A stretch of DNA of 63,613 nt, counting the filler, from Sphacelaria rigidula (taxonomy: Eukaryota): the NCBI GenBank assembly GCA_964200075.2. It is 8 parts of 8 records of this genome, joined end to end, with 100 filler letters (N's around TTAATTAATTAA, not from the genome) between each part and the next. Parts side by side here need not be neighbours in the genome. Positions count along the whole stretch, not along the records: positions 31,858 to 39,721 come from CAXNAA020013179.1; positions 39,822 to 47,685 come from CAXNAA020013180.1; positions 47,786 to 55,649 come from CAXNAA020013181.1; 5 more parts are not named here. One strand, written 5' to 3'. Below are positions 37,690 through 50,205 of the stretch, piece by piece. The translations under genes were made by a program, and so were the position numbers. Position 1 is the first letter of the stretch. Each line of letters begins with the position of its first letter. A model generated the notes under the pieces. It worked only from the letters and a program-made list of their open reading frames with translations, ran no database searches and was not told the origin of the DNA.

Positions 37690-39340
37690 ACTGACAAAAA
37701 ATGCTGGCAAGAAAATGCTGCTAAACTGATTTTGCTCGTTGTCACTCGTTTTTGGTCCGGATAAATTTCGCAATGCGCTACAAGAAACTGAGATGGACAT
37801 TTTCGAACCACGGCAAATATCACCCCTCACCTCAGGGGTATTCAAATCTTGACAGCGAGTTTCACGGCGTGTGACACGAACCTTGATAACCCGGGTCTTA
37901 GCTCTCAGCCATATGGGGTGGTTGTATGCTTTGTTTTCAGTCGACCATGAACTGGAACAGTAGTGTTGTATACCGCACCACTAATCTGGTTGATGCAGCT
38001 TCGTCGAAATTTATCGACGAGCTGCAGGCGAGTAAAGGGGAGCGCAGCAAGCCGGGCAAGCTCACTGTGCTTGCAGGTGAAAAAATTACGACGTACGATG
38101 GCATGATGCTTGAAGAAGCGAAAATGATGCTTCAAACACCTGAAACCTCGACGGGATTATGGTTTGCTGTGGTGCCCGCGTTTGTTGTTTCACCGCGACC
38201 TCTGCCTCGACGTGGGCGTTCAAGACGATTATGGTGCAGAGGACTTGCGCCAGGCCAAGGTTGTCGCCCTCCACGGCCTTCACCGCTTCCTTGAACGGGT
38301 CAAGCATCCCCGCTATCATAACCGCGTTCCTCTAGTCATCCGACATGATCTCGAAAAACCAAAAACATTTCAGTACAGTATTCGGTTCGATCTACCACAC
38401 TTTGGATCAGCCTTGTCTGTTTTCGGACAAGAACTGGGTGAAACGGACGGTTTGGTGCGATATCAGAGCAGGAGACTTCCATGCATATTACTATTGCTCG
38501 CCCAATGTTACACAAACACTATCGAAGTTAATTGCCTCAAGCTGTGGTAGATTGGGTCTACCTTTGAAGGTGTCGCGCGTCTGACGTAATTGTCTTTGGA
38601 TGGCGGAACATGCCTTGAAATGTTGAGCACACGTTTCCAACGGTTGCGCATTCCAACTTTCTTCTAATTGGCAGGTGATTTTTTGCGCCGCATTTTCTAG
38701 CTAGCGAAAGTAAGAGTTTATATTTTTAGCCTAGTCCTTGCGCGCAAAGAAGTACGAAAAAAACCGACGAAGCCATCTAGGAGAAGAATTGACGTGGACC
38801 TATTATAGCGCGGGGGAGGTTGTCTCGCCGAAGTTTATCGCAGCCGTTTTTCCCTGTAATATAGCCTTTGAAATGTCTTTTGCGACTTTTCCCTCCTCGG
38901 AAAATATACTAGTGCAGCGTCATGGCTGTACTGCACTATGAACACCACCATCGCACGAACAGCATCATGCCACTTGAGCAAAAAAGTATATGTATAGCAC
39001 CTACATCACTTTCACTGATTGAGTAGGTAGCGGCTGGCGTGGTATTTCTGACATTTTGTTTCTGGGGCGAGGTCATCGCGGTAAAACAGGAGGGGGGCAT
39101 CACAGTCAACATTTAGGAAACATGCATTATTTTCAACGGATAGCTTTCGCGTGCCGCGCCTGCTGCTTCGCTCTTGCTGACAATTGCCGTTGCGTCGAAC
39201 ACCTGGTGGCAAGGCTCTAGGACGGGCCCATTCTTGCGGTGGGACGGGTTGTAGTGTTCTGTACTGTACCATAGTGATGTCGAACACATCAGTATCTGCT
39301 AGCCGTGCTATCGCGTTCCTATCCGGCACATGAAACATCG
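37690..39340 (-). pseudogene. hAT transposase relic
   Basis: In order across frames: NLPRAII..QFF..KYKL; CAQHFKACS..LRQ..LPQLE..VCVT/HWASNSNM (TRW.S-like); MLDPFKEAVKAVEGD; LPWFEN..RIAK / PKTSDNEQNQFSS (dimerisation-like). Confidence 0.6.
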
Positions 39341-39721
39341 TTCTAGATGATTTTTTCAGGCGGTTCTTGCTGTATGTCTGCGAGGTTGTCGATAAAACTC
39401 GAAGTGGTCGTTCGGGACTGAATCAGATCCATGCAGGTAACTCTTGGAACATGAATCGTCGGTCCCGATTAGACACGACGTTACCGGCGTCATTAAAGGT
39501 CAGCCCCTTAAACGCCCGATACTCTAGCTGGACCCCTAAGGGACAGTCTTTTAGGGAGATTCGGAACAGTTGTTTTCCGCGGAAAGACAACGCCTACGTA
39601 AAACAAACCGTCGCCGCGCGTGTGCCGTGCCTCATAGATATCTGTAGGTGAACAACGATCTGTAGCCAAAATACACCAAGGCGTAGTAGATGTAGCATGT
39701 GTAGGATCCTGGATGATGACC

Positions 39722-39821
39722 NNNNNNNNNNNNNNNNNNNNNNNNNNNNNNNNNNNNNNNNNNNNTTAATTAATTAANNNNNNNNNNNNNNNNNNNNNNN
39801 NNNNNNNNNNNNNNNNNNNNN
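39722..39821. other. Artificial contig linker
   Basis: N44-TTAATTAATTAA-N44. Confidence 0.99.
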
Positions 39822-39908
39822 CGGTTTTGTAGGGAAACGAGGTCAATGGTCTTATGACTATGGCATGCATGATCATGAGTGCACCCTCCCCCTATCGTAG
39901 CATGACTC
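39822..39908 (-). mobile_element. Sola2-like G-type element end (contig start)
   Basis: Reverse complement begins GAGTCATGCTACGATAGGGGG; homologous to 47577-47674 and 46434-46472. Confidence 0.75.
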
Positions 39909-42633
39909 TCGGACAAACAATCATTTGGACAAAAAATACTACAGACAAGATAAATTGGACAAATAGTGCGATGGGGGGAAAGACGAGAAACACGACGGAT
40001 GTATTTGGGAACGTGAATGGTACCAGTAGTATTGAATGTGGTGGCAAAGAGCACGTGACGCAAGTATTGTCGTTGGGAAAAAGAAGGCGTCACATGTAAG
40101 CGAGCCACGATTGGTTTGTTCGGAGTGACGTAAGTATACTGCGGGTGAGTTTAAACAGGTTATGTCTAGGGCCGCGGACAAACGTTACGCTTACAAGCGA
40201 CAAAAACAAAAAACGTTTCCGAAACTCACTAATAGTAGCGCTTTCCCGGTCAACTGACACTGCTGGTGATGCGTTGCTTGCTTGATTGATTGGCTAACTG
40301 ATTGGTTGATTCAGTCATCAATTCATTCATTCATTCATTCATTCATTTCAAAACACAATAAGGTGACGTACTGTTGTTGCTGCCGTGGCCCGGTGTTCCA
40401 AACTGAATTTTTACACCTGATACGATCAGGTCGGAAATATGTGGATTCGATTCCCGGCAGATGAAAATAAATAAACAAAAATACGTATGTTTTAATTCGT
40501 GAAAAGTATCTGATATCAGTCGCTCAAAAAAATGTGAGAACGTGAACAGCAAAAACGGACTGACGAGGTTCGACGCGGTGCGTGAGTGCTGATTCAATTC
40601 GCAACATGAAATTCCAACACGTGTTCCGGGACAGAGGTAGGCTGATACCTCCGGACCGCGGACGCGTCGCGAGGAAGGGGAGGTGCGGTATTACTGGTAT
40701 ATATAGAGAGTTTTGCCCTCAAATGAGGCTCGTAAGTACCTCAAAATAAAAAGTCTTGGTCACACACAAAAGCAGCGGCTTAAACCATTTTGTTCTTTCT
40801 TCGAAACTGGCCTCACAGTGCATGTATGCAGAGCCCAAGTTGATCTCAGGCCGTGGGAGAAACCAACTATTTTATTGTACAATACAAACGAGTAAGCCGT
40901 TACTCGCATACAGAGGCTCACCAGTAGGGATTCGGTTGGCCTATAGAAGCAAGCGAGTGTTGTCCAAAAGGTCGTTGCCTAAGTCGAAAACCAGAGTAAG
41001 TGAAGGTGCTAGCCTCAAGCCATCTCAGAAAGACTCATCTTACAGGCTAACTACGTTCGACGAACTGTTGGAAAACACTACAACACGCTAGAATACGTGC
41101 CCTTGCATTGCGTGTGTCAAATTTCTCGTGCTTGTGTCATTTTCCACGTTTGTTTCGAAACGGAAAAAGTCAGGTCCTTGCCCCTCTGCTCTTCTCCTTC
41201 GTACCGACCTCGGAGCATCATCAGCGGAGAGCGGGAAACTTGACAAGGACGAGGCGCTATTTGTATATCATCACTCCTACGACTGCGGTCACTGCTAGCT
41301 AACTAACTGGCTGCCGTGTACAGGCAAAGCAAACAGTGGAAAAGAAGAAGAGCGATGTACCACCAACATCAACGGTTTTCGCGCTTCTTTTGAAATCTTC
41401 TGAGGTGGAGGAGGGGAGAAGAAGTGCATACATACGTGTGAATATTCCCTGCGAAGAAGAACGCTTACAATTATTACGGATATGTCTTCTTTCTTCTCCG
41501 TTTCCTCCGAGTCATGTCGATATTCTTGGATTATGAAGCTACGTATCGTATTCCATGCAGACTGGCCAAGTGTATCCATCATGGATTATGACGCTGTTGT
41601 CGCAGACTCTATGCCGAATGTTCTAGAGATGCAGGCAAGAGTCAGTAATGCGGTCTCACTATCGCGACCCTTGTGGGGTCACACAGGACTGCGCGAGGCG
41701 GCAACGGGTGGAGGAGGGCCCGAGAGGAGAATGGGGAGTAGGGGGCGCGAGGGGGGGGGGGGGCTGTTGTTGTGTACCACATACCGGACAAACGCATTTC
41801 CGGCAAGCGCGCGTGCAGCTCCACTGAACTTTATACGTCAGGAAACACTCCTCAACCCATCACAAGCAATAAGCGTTTGTGGCTGTGTGGGGTGTATTTG
41901 TTCCTCTACTAAGGCACCTCCCCCTTACTGTCCTTCTGTAAGGGAGGTACATCACCACGCGCCTGCACGTTTCGGGTACACGAAAAAATACGTAGTGATG
42001 TAAAAAGTTGCGGGACAATATGTTACCCGGTCAAGAATAGCGGAAAGGCTGATTATACTTCTGTAAGCGACCCCCGCATCTCAATAGATATGTACAGTTG
42101 TCGTTTTTTATTTTGAATTTGATTTTCTTAGTGTACTCTGTCTGTTTTACCTTTCCTGCTTGTTTTTCTTCACTTTTCTTCTGCGAGAGTTTCAGTTTTG
42201 TCTTGCTTCGAGTACGTCTATCATGGTATCATCGCGGGATCTCTGGGAGGTCAGTTGGAGTGCGACAAGCGATCAATTAATGGAATCGAAACACCATTTA
42301 CCTGGTAATTCTGTTTTTTTATGCCCCTGCCCATATGAAGCCTACTGCACACGTCGTGAGTCGATGGCAGGAAGGGCTATACTCAGGTGAAAAAACGAGA
42401 GACGTGAATGACTGGCCGCTAAAATGACACTGGAACGGTATATCTCCCCTGAAAGAGGATTCTCTGAGGGTACAAAGCGTTCATGACCACTTTATCCTGC
42501 GGTCGGTCACCGCACGTACTTGCACAGAAGACGATGGTCGTTTTTTTCGGGGATATGGAAGAATACCCAGACGCTCTTTGCTTGCTCGCGATGGGGGATA
42601 CAGGTATAGCAGTGAACTATCCATGGAAAAACC

Positions 42634-42768
42634 AATGATGATGACGATGATGATTATTATTATCATCACCACCATCATCATCATCATCATCATCATCATC
42701 ACCATCATCACCATCATCACCATCATCACCATCATCATCGTCACCATCATCGTCATCATCATCGTCAC

Positions 42769-42803
<35 letters not shown>

Positions 42804-42961
42804 CCACCGTCATTATTATCATCATCACCATCACCATCATCATCATCGTCATCATCGTCATCATCGTCATCATCGTCATCATCATCATCATCATTATCAT
42901 CGTCATCATCATCATCATCATTATCATCGTCATCATCATCGTCGTCGCCGTCGTCGTCGTT
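42634..42961. repeat. Compound (GAT)n / (CAT,CAC,CGT)n microsatellite, ~330 bp
   Basis: Directly visible. Confidence 0.97.
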
Positions 42962-43723
42962 TTCATTGGGATCGGTTTTTGTTGTTTTTCTCCGTTCTTC
43001 TCATTCCCTGCGTTTACTGTGTGAGTTTCGCCATCAACGTCTCTTCCTCCCTGTTGGTCATACCGACCTCTCCATTCCTCTCTCTCGTGCCTTCTCCGTG
43101 GTCACCTCTATATCGCTACACCACTACCCAGCACGCTCCCTCTATTTGCCCACCTTTTACATCACTCACCACTACATTTTAGCTCAATATTAAGTATTTT
43201 CGCTCTCTTTCGGGCCCTGTGGTATGCAAGTACAGTATGAGATTTTCCTCCCTCCGAGGTCTGTCTACCATCTCGAGCACAAAAACACATATCCGAACCC
43301 TCGGTATAGACTTAACCAACTACACTCTTCAGCTACCCACAATCCCAACCTTGACAAGGGTAGATCATGAACATTCGGGCAACGGAGTGCTTGATGGCTC
43401 CGTAGTCAAAGGGGGCGTTGTCCAACGGCGCCAATGTGAGCAGAAACGCATTGCGGCATCGCGTGCCGCACCGTGGCACAAACGGACCCGTACATCCGCG
43501 GGGAGCCGGCTGTTGTGAAAACCAGGTAAGAGCTTGCAGGAAAATCCGGGTCTGGACTGCTGTTGGGAATTGATTATCAAGTGATCACTCAACACAACTA
43601 CGTCCTCAATTACTAATCCTGGCAAATACTACACTACTGGCTCAGCCGAGATCCCTCTCCCTGAGCGCTGTGGTACCTGGCGTATTAGTCTCGCATTGGT
43701 AAGTATCACCGCTGACCAATACA

Positions 43724-44541
43724 GAGTGATGCCCCGATAGCCCCCCCTCAAACTAGCCTCAAGGCCATCAGGATAGAGACGGCCATACAGCGCATGGCCG
43801 CTGATTTCAGACTGCATGAAACGCCTGCAGAACAGTTCCAGCAACGAAATTTTTCTCTCCGTAACACCAACGGCGGCACTTTACGACTCATGAAAGCATT
43901 CCCTCGTTCATCATTCCCAGAGACGTTCGAAAATAACCCGGAACAGTTGTTGATGACACCCGAAAGAAGGCAACGAATGATCTTGACACGGCATCTTACA
44001 AATTGGGGATGGATCTTTTATTGGGGATGAGAAACCCGGAGAATTAAAATCTTCGTATCCACACTGAATCTTCGGAATATGGTTCCATGTCTTCACCTAC
44101 TGATAGCTTTTGACAACTGCTACACGCCATACAAAAATGGATTTCGGTCACCAAAATGTTGGGGTCCTAGGTGAAAAAATAATTTCGGAACCATTTTGGC
44201 GTCCGGTCGGACACTCGAAATTCCCCCAAATTGGTTTTTCACCTAGGACCCCGACATTTCGGTGATCGAAATCCAAAGTTCTCTGGCGTGTAGCAATTCT
44301 GAATAGCTATCAGTAGGTGAAGAAATGGGACCATATTTCGAAGATTTGGTGTGGATACACAGATTTTAATTCTCCGGGTGTCTCATCCCCAATTTGTAAG
44401 ATCCCGTGTTTAGAACGAACCCAAGAGTGGGAATTCCCAGCTTCGCGTTGTGCTCGGCTTTTCCCACTTTGATTCACGTGAAAATTTTGCCTCCCAAAAC
44501 CATGCATTTGGGGGGGGGGGAGGGCTATCGTAGAAGGTGTC
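43724..44541. mobile_element. Split Sola2-like family C copy containing a family A insertion
   Basis: Left GAGTGATGCCCCGATAGCCCCCC + C body to ~43829; C body resumes at 44409 and ends GGGCTATCGTAGAAGGTGTC. Confidence 0.7.
43987..44408. mobile_element. Foldback MITE family A, copy 2
   Basis: CACGGCATCTTACAAATTGGGG...AATTTGTAAGATCCCGTG; right arm lacks ~18 bp between two CATCCCCAAT-like repeats. Confidence 0.9.
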
Positions 44542-44907
44542 CCTCTTTTTGACTAATTTCTGGAAAATTTGCGGGCAAAGTGAGGATCTATTTCGAGCAG
44601 CTTTCTCCTGTTCGAATCCCAAATCTGTCAGTGTGTATGGGATTTTTACAGCAGAAGCTGTTCGAAATAAACAATTCTACAGATTAATAGAAAAAATAGT
44701 TTGGAATTTTCAAATTGGGAGTGCCTCTCCACAGGGTTGCTTACAGGGTTGCTCACAGCGAAGAAAAACGCCATACAAAATGCTGGTGAAGGTACTAGGG
44801 TCTACAAATGCCGTTTTTTTTTTTTTTTTTTTATATTTTATTTATATAAAAAAACAAAAAAAAAATACTGACTAACAAAAAAAAAACGAAAAAAAAACAC
44901 ACCAAAT

Positions 44908-44917
44908 NNNNNNNNNN
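44908..44917. other. Internal 10-N scaffold gap in a poly-A/poly-T region
   Basis: Directly visible. Confidence 0.95.
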
Positions 44918-44941
44918 AAATTATTGTTAAATTAAATAAAA

Positions 44942-44972
<31 letters not shown>

Positions 44973-45261
44973 GTAGGCTGTCATCCATATGCAAGATAAC
45001 GGATATATGCTTCGGGCCGAACAATCATGGCAGGATACAACCCACACGTGCTCCGCAAAGCATCCCCGCTCTACTCACCCAAACACCCCCCAAGAATTAG
45101 CGCCTATTTTGTCGAAGATGTGCTCGCAATATTTGAACAATTGTGGCCCATGCAACGACATGACTGAAAAAGCCCGCCATGGGGAGGAGCATCAGAGCCA
45201 AGACAAAAAAACTACAAGTACGGCCTGATGGAAGTGGGCTTTGTGACCGTACAGAATCCAA

Positions 45262-45698
45262 TACGGGATCTTACAAATTGGTGATAGATCTTTTATTGGG
45301 GATGAGAAACCCGGAGTATTGAAATCTTCATATCCACGCCAAATCTTCGAAATGTGGTTCCATTTGTTCACCTACTGATAGCTGTTGACAACTGCCACAC
45401 GCCATAAAAAATGGATCTCGATCACCAAAATGTTGAGGTCCTAGGTGAAGAACCAACTTCGGAACTATTTTGGCGACCGTTCGGACACTCGGAATTCCCA
45501 AAATTGGTTTTTCACCTAAGACCCCAACATTGCGGTGATCGAAATACAAATTTCTATGGCGTGTAGCAGTTGTCAATAGCTGTCAGTAGGTGAACAAATG
45601 GAACCATATTTTGAAGATTTGGTGTGGATACGAAGATTTTATTTCTCCGGTTTTCTTCTCGAAAATAAATATCCATCCCCAATTTGTAAGATTCCGTG
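45262..45698. mobile_element. Foldback MITE family A, copy 3
   Basis: TACGGGATCTTACAAATTGG...AATTTGTAAGATTCCGTG. Confidence 0.9.
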
Positions 45699-46899
45699 TT
45701 AACTGCAGTTTTTCGCCGACTATCGAGACGCAGGTGATGACTCAAAATGACCGCATGAACAACAGAGACCGGACATGAATGTAAATATGAGTCATGCCAC
45801 GGCAGGGTCGAACAAAGTACTTTCCAGGTTTGTCGGAAGCCCTTCATCTCACCCAAAACACGACTCACGAAAATATGTAGGAGTACCCCACGATCAGCAT
45901 ACCCTTAGGCTAGCAATGTCTCGAACAAATTTTAAAACGGGGATGTCCTGACCCATTTTCTTGTGCAGCTCCTAACTTATTTAGGAGCCCCTAAACGAGA
46001 AGTATCTGAGCCCAAATGTGCAGCCCCTATATTGACACGACTCATAGAAAATATCAAGAACGTGTGCAATCGAGGAAGAAGTCGCGCTGGTCAAAAATTG
46101 GTTCAGGTTACCATGGATTACCATAGTAGTCCCAAAACATGCAACATGCGTGGAACCGGCGCGTATGAGCGAAGCATATGTGTCCATACAGCCGAACGAC
46201 ACAATTCGTGCCGCAGCATACACGGCGAATCTGCTTATCCGCCAGCGCGAACTTGGCGTACTTACTTATGCCAACACGTTCAGGAGATGATATGGAAATG
46301 AACCCCCCTACGCGCTACCCCCCCCCCCAAAGAGACCGGCTTGGGGGGACAAAATCTACGTGCTCCATCTCGAAAGGGATGCGTGGCCAATGGTCATACG
46401 ACTAAGGCAAGCAACAAATGAGCACGCCCCCCTCATGACTGTGGCATGCATGATCATGAGTACACCCCCCCTAAGCGCTGCCCAGGCATGCTGTCCGGGC
46501 GGAAGAATTTCCTATTATAGTGATAAGTCACCCTCTCATCGGCAACAACTACCCTCCTGCTATTTCGTCGCAGCAGTGAACGTGCAGTCATGAATCACTG
46601 CATATTTGTAGTCAAATGAATTCAAACGTCCTTCTTCGATGACGTGGTGCGTTCAACCGAGGTCATCTTCGATATTTCCGTTGCGCTCCCGCCTCCGCCC
46701 ATGCCTTCGTACGTGGGGCAACTTACGAACCTTCCGGTAGGACATGCTCTGGTTCCCAAGTCCTTAATGCGATACCTGTCAATACCAGCGAATAAGGAAA
46801 ACATGGAAACCAAATAAGAAATCACGGTCTGTTTCTCACAGTTTTTGGACAACTTCTACAATTGAAGATGTATTGCGAACCCCACTCAACCCGCAGCGT

Positions 46900-47450
46900 A
46901 CAGCTACCGTGAGCCCCTCTCAAACCCGGAACCGGGAAAGTTCAGGCTACGAAATAATAATATACAAACGAAACTAATCTCTGGGCCAAGCCAAAACTCC
47001 GTCTGCTTCCGCCTCAGTGGTGATTTTGCTGATGAAATATCAGTGTGGCTCGTTTTAAACCCTGCGCCGCAACGCCAGATGGTGTGGTGGAGCGCAATGC
47101 ATCGGCACGGCACGCAGTGATGTTCCAAACAGTCGACAAACCTTGGTTTCTTCAGCGACAGAGCTGTGCATTGCGAGCATGGTAGCCGTCGATATTCAAT
47201 GCTCAAAGCTACCATTTCGACGTAAACGACGCGTCATTCCGCCAGCGGGAGCGTGAGTATCTTAAATCTATTTTACTCAACTTCAGCATAGCGTTGGAGT
47301 TGATTGAATGCTCCATTGTTTGTCGCATAACCAATACCAACTGGAGTTGCCGGTCATATTTTTGTCTAACTTCCATCAAACAATGCCGAGACAGCGTGTC
47401 CAACAACCTTGGCTGAATTTTCGATCCGATTCGTGTCTCCGTCTCCTTAT
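46900..47450 (-). pseudogene. Possible second hAT transposase relic
   Basis: QLQLVL..(W)S.NSNAMLKL (TRW.S..ML-like), LKKPRF (LDPRF-like) and EFWLGP..LNFPGSGFERGSR (dimerisation-like), in the expected order. Confidence 0.35.
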
Positions 47451-47576
47451 GGCCATCACATGGGTACTGCACAAACATAGCCAGAGTACAACGCGTGAAT
47501 TTCCCACTTCGTGCAGCGTTTTCGGTCCACATTTCGGCGTTCCGGCCCCCTAGCACACAATCCTTTCACGGCAGAC

Positions 47577-47685
47577 GTGTAATGCTACGATGGAGGAGGG
47601 GGGGGGGGGGTACTCATGATCATGCCTGCCATAGTCATCATCAGACCATTGACCTCGCATCCCTACAAAGCCGGGACGGGATCGG
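47577..47685 (+). mobile_element. Sola2-like G-type element end (contig end)
   Basis: GTGTAATGCTACGATGGAGG..GTACTCATGATCATGC..ATAGTCAT..GACCATTGACCTCG; reverse complement of 39822-39908. Confidence 0.75.
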
Positions 47686-47785
47686 NNNNNNNNNNNNNNN
47701 NNNNNNNNNNNNNNNNNNNNNNNNNNNNNTTAATTAATTAANNNNNNNNNNNNNNNNNNNNNNNNNNNNNNNNNNNNNNNNNNNN
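47686..47785. other. Artificial contig linker
   Basis: N44-TTAATTAATTAA-N44. Confidence 0.99.
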
Positions 47786-48314
47786 TTTCGGGCACTCAGG
47801 CAGACGAAATCGTGAATTTGGTTATTTTGAGTCGTGATGATTTGTCCTAACCGTGAAATAATCCAACAAGGGAGGGAAAAAAACAAAAAACAAAAAAAGA
47901 AGAAAAAGCGTCATATGGGAGGGCACGTTCCCGTGTAGTTCCCGTGGTTCCATAAATCATGTCCCCTGGATGACATCACGAGGAGTCATGATCCAAAACG
48001 GACAGCTAAGCTAGGCGTCTGGTGTTCACAAGACGTTCACTACCCTCTGCGACTTTTACCTGATGTGTGCTCCACACTACATCCATGTAATAAAAAACCT
48101 ACGACTAGAGCAACTAGCGGAAGACGAGGCACCCGTGCCCGCCAGTGATCCGTGGAAGCAAATCGTTCATCTTCGACACGGAGCACACGAAAACGAAAGC
48201 TAATGAAAACAACACCACAACACAACAACTGACTATTATAAACGGTCGAGCAACCAACCAGCAAAAACGAAACAAAACGCTTTCACGGGCCGCGTCGCCG
48301 GTTCTAAACCTCAC

Positions 48315-48654
48315 CCGCACTGCACCATGCGATCCCTGCCGCAGGCTCTCCATCAGCCGAACTGCCCCGCATGCGCCGTCTGAATCGCCACCCTTCTGCC
48401 GCCCGGTGGCGTAGCAGTAAGCACAGCTCCACGGCCCCTGCGGCATCGTCCTCATGCGGGGCCGTAGGCAAGACAGATGGAACGAGGCCGGACAGGTGGT
48501 ACACAGCAGCAACGGTCCTAGGGTGACATCCGTGGCTTCAGTAAGGTGACCGAGACCGATGCTAGGATCGTTCTCCGAAATTGAAGGTTCGCCGGGAGAG
48601 TTCTCGGAAGCGCTGGGATTCTTGTTGGCGGCGGGGGTGTTAGAAACGAGCTTG
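48315..48654 (-). CDS. PHD-finger protein exon (C-terminal part of the PHD)
   Basis: GPLLLCTTCPASFHLSCLRP..PQGPWSCAYC; acceptor CCAACAG| at 48655/48654 (phase 2); donor CGG|GTGAGG at 48315/48314. Confidence 0.85.
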
Positions 48655-48732
48655 CTGTTGGTGGTGGCGGTGATGGGTCGTGTCGCCAGTCATGATTGTG
48701 TTGTGGGAGCATAGGGCCGCAACCAAAGCGTG

Positions 48733-48769
<37 letters not shown>

Positions 48770-49466
48770 AGCATCACTACGATCAGGAAGAGGGAACCAG
48801 TGCAAAAACTAATCTGTGAGCTGCGCGTGGTTGGGTTTGATTGATTGATTGATTGATTGATTGTCGCACTTTAACTGACCCCCCAGGGGTCCAGCCGTGG
48901 TCTCATGATGGACGTACGCAAGAAAAACGAAACTGAGTACCGCAATATAAGAGGTATATTCCTTGAGAATTTTCTCCATACCAGAAATTTAATTCTTCAC
49001 CTCCCTCGGGCCAAGTGCGTCGTCTCAAAGGAGTATCTCCTCCCGAGTACGGGTCTTGCATTGCATTTTGGTCTCGCGGATTGGATCAACATTCCCGCAC
49101 CGCATCCACACTCTCCTCTACAAACTTGAGTCAAACATTTTTTCTGTCGCTTTTAAAGCATGTAAATGGAGAAGCGATGTGTGTATTACCACCGACGACA
49201 ACTATCTACACTCTGAAAGTGTCCCGATTGCTGCCACCACCACCATCCCCACAACCCGTACAAAATATTCGTATCATTTCATATCATGTCACATCTCATC
49301 ATATCATCTATATGAACGCGGGAAACGTTGTTCGTGTAAGGGAATGGTAGAGAGATCCAACCTTTGACAGGCAACGTGGGCAGTTCATCTGTTCAATCAG
49401 CACCCTCATGAATTAGGAAATGGATGGAGTTTCCAGATGACCCACCCTAATGGTCAAACGGTCAAC

Positions 49467-49752
49467 GAGTCTTTTTACGATAGCCCCCCTCCCAAAACCC
49501 GGCCTGAAACTATCACGAAGAAAGTGGCCATACAGCGCCTCGTGTTTGGTTTCAGGCTGCATGAAGCGCCTCATATGGGCGACATTGGCAAACGAACCAA
49601 AGCGTAGGTATTCCCAGCTGCTCGTTGTGCTCGGGTCTTTTTTTCATTTTGATTCACGTGCAGGATTTACCTTCTCGAACCAGCCACTTTTTTTTCTTTT
49701 ATTTCTTTTTCTTTTTCTTTTTTTTTGGGGGGGGGGTATTGTAGAAAGTGCC
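49467..49752. mobile_element. Complete Sola2-like MITE (family C)
   Basis: GAGTCTTTTTACGATAGCCCCC...GGGGGTATTGTAGAAAGTGCC flanked by 4-bp direct repeat CAAC (49463-49466, 49753-49756); intronic in the PHD gene. Confidence 0.8.
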
Positions 49753-49903
49753 CAACGTGCAAATCAATAGTCGTGAAAGCATCACATCGCCAAAAATGTA
49801 CGCACAACGACTGAAGCTCCGTGTTCGTCATCTTTGGCTTCCTCTCAGCCCAGCATGATTCTGCCGCTGCTACGGCCACTGCCGTCACCACCAGGTTCGC
49901 ACA

Positions 49904-49906
<3 letters not shown>

Positions 49907-49968
<62 letters not shown>
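49907..49968. repeat. (AC)n microsatellite
   Basis: Directly visible, next to the splice donor at 49987. Confidence 0.97.
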
Positions 49969-49970
<2 letters not shown>

Positions 49971-49987
49971 GAATACGACGAACGCAC

Positions 49988-50205
49988 CTGGGACTGCCAC
50001 CCTTCTGGCACACGATGCACGCCGAGAAGTGAGGGCGGTATGGCTTCGCATCGCCGCCTTCCACGTCCATCGCCGCGCTGGAGTCCGCCGTCTCCATAAC
50101 TACCCCTTCCCCGTTGGGGACGTCCCCCTTGAGCGTCCACCATGGAACGGTGGTAGCAGTGACACCCACTTGTGGACTGCTGACGATGATGCCGGTCTCG
50201 CCACC
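49988..50205 (-). CDS. PHD-finger protein exon (N-terminal HFSACIVCQKGG of the PHD)
   Basis: TGGCAG|GGT acceptor, CCCAG|GTGCGT donor; 218 bp, phase 0 to phase 2, matching both neighbouring exons. Confidence 0.8.

Noticed and set aside
42481-43024. Poly-Met and poly-Ile ORFs (also the HT/VC/YVCM repeat ORFs elsewhere)
   Set aside because: These are translations of microsatellites.
39822-47685. Inverted repeats at both ends of contig 6 as TIRs of one 7.9-kb transposon or linear replicon
   Set aside because: The conserved terminus (GAGT.ATGCTACG) faces inward at both ends and a third fragment lies at 46434. These are separate copies of a high-copy repeat that broke the assembly.
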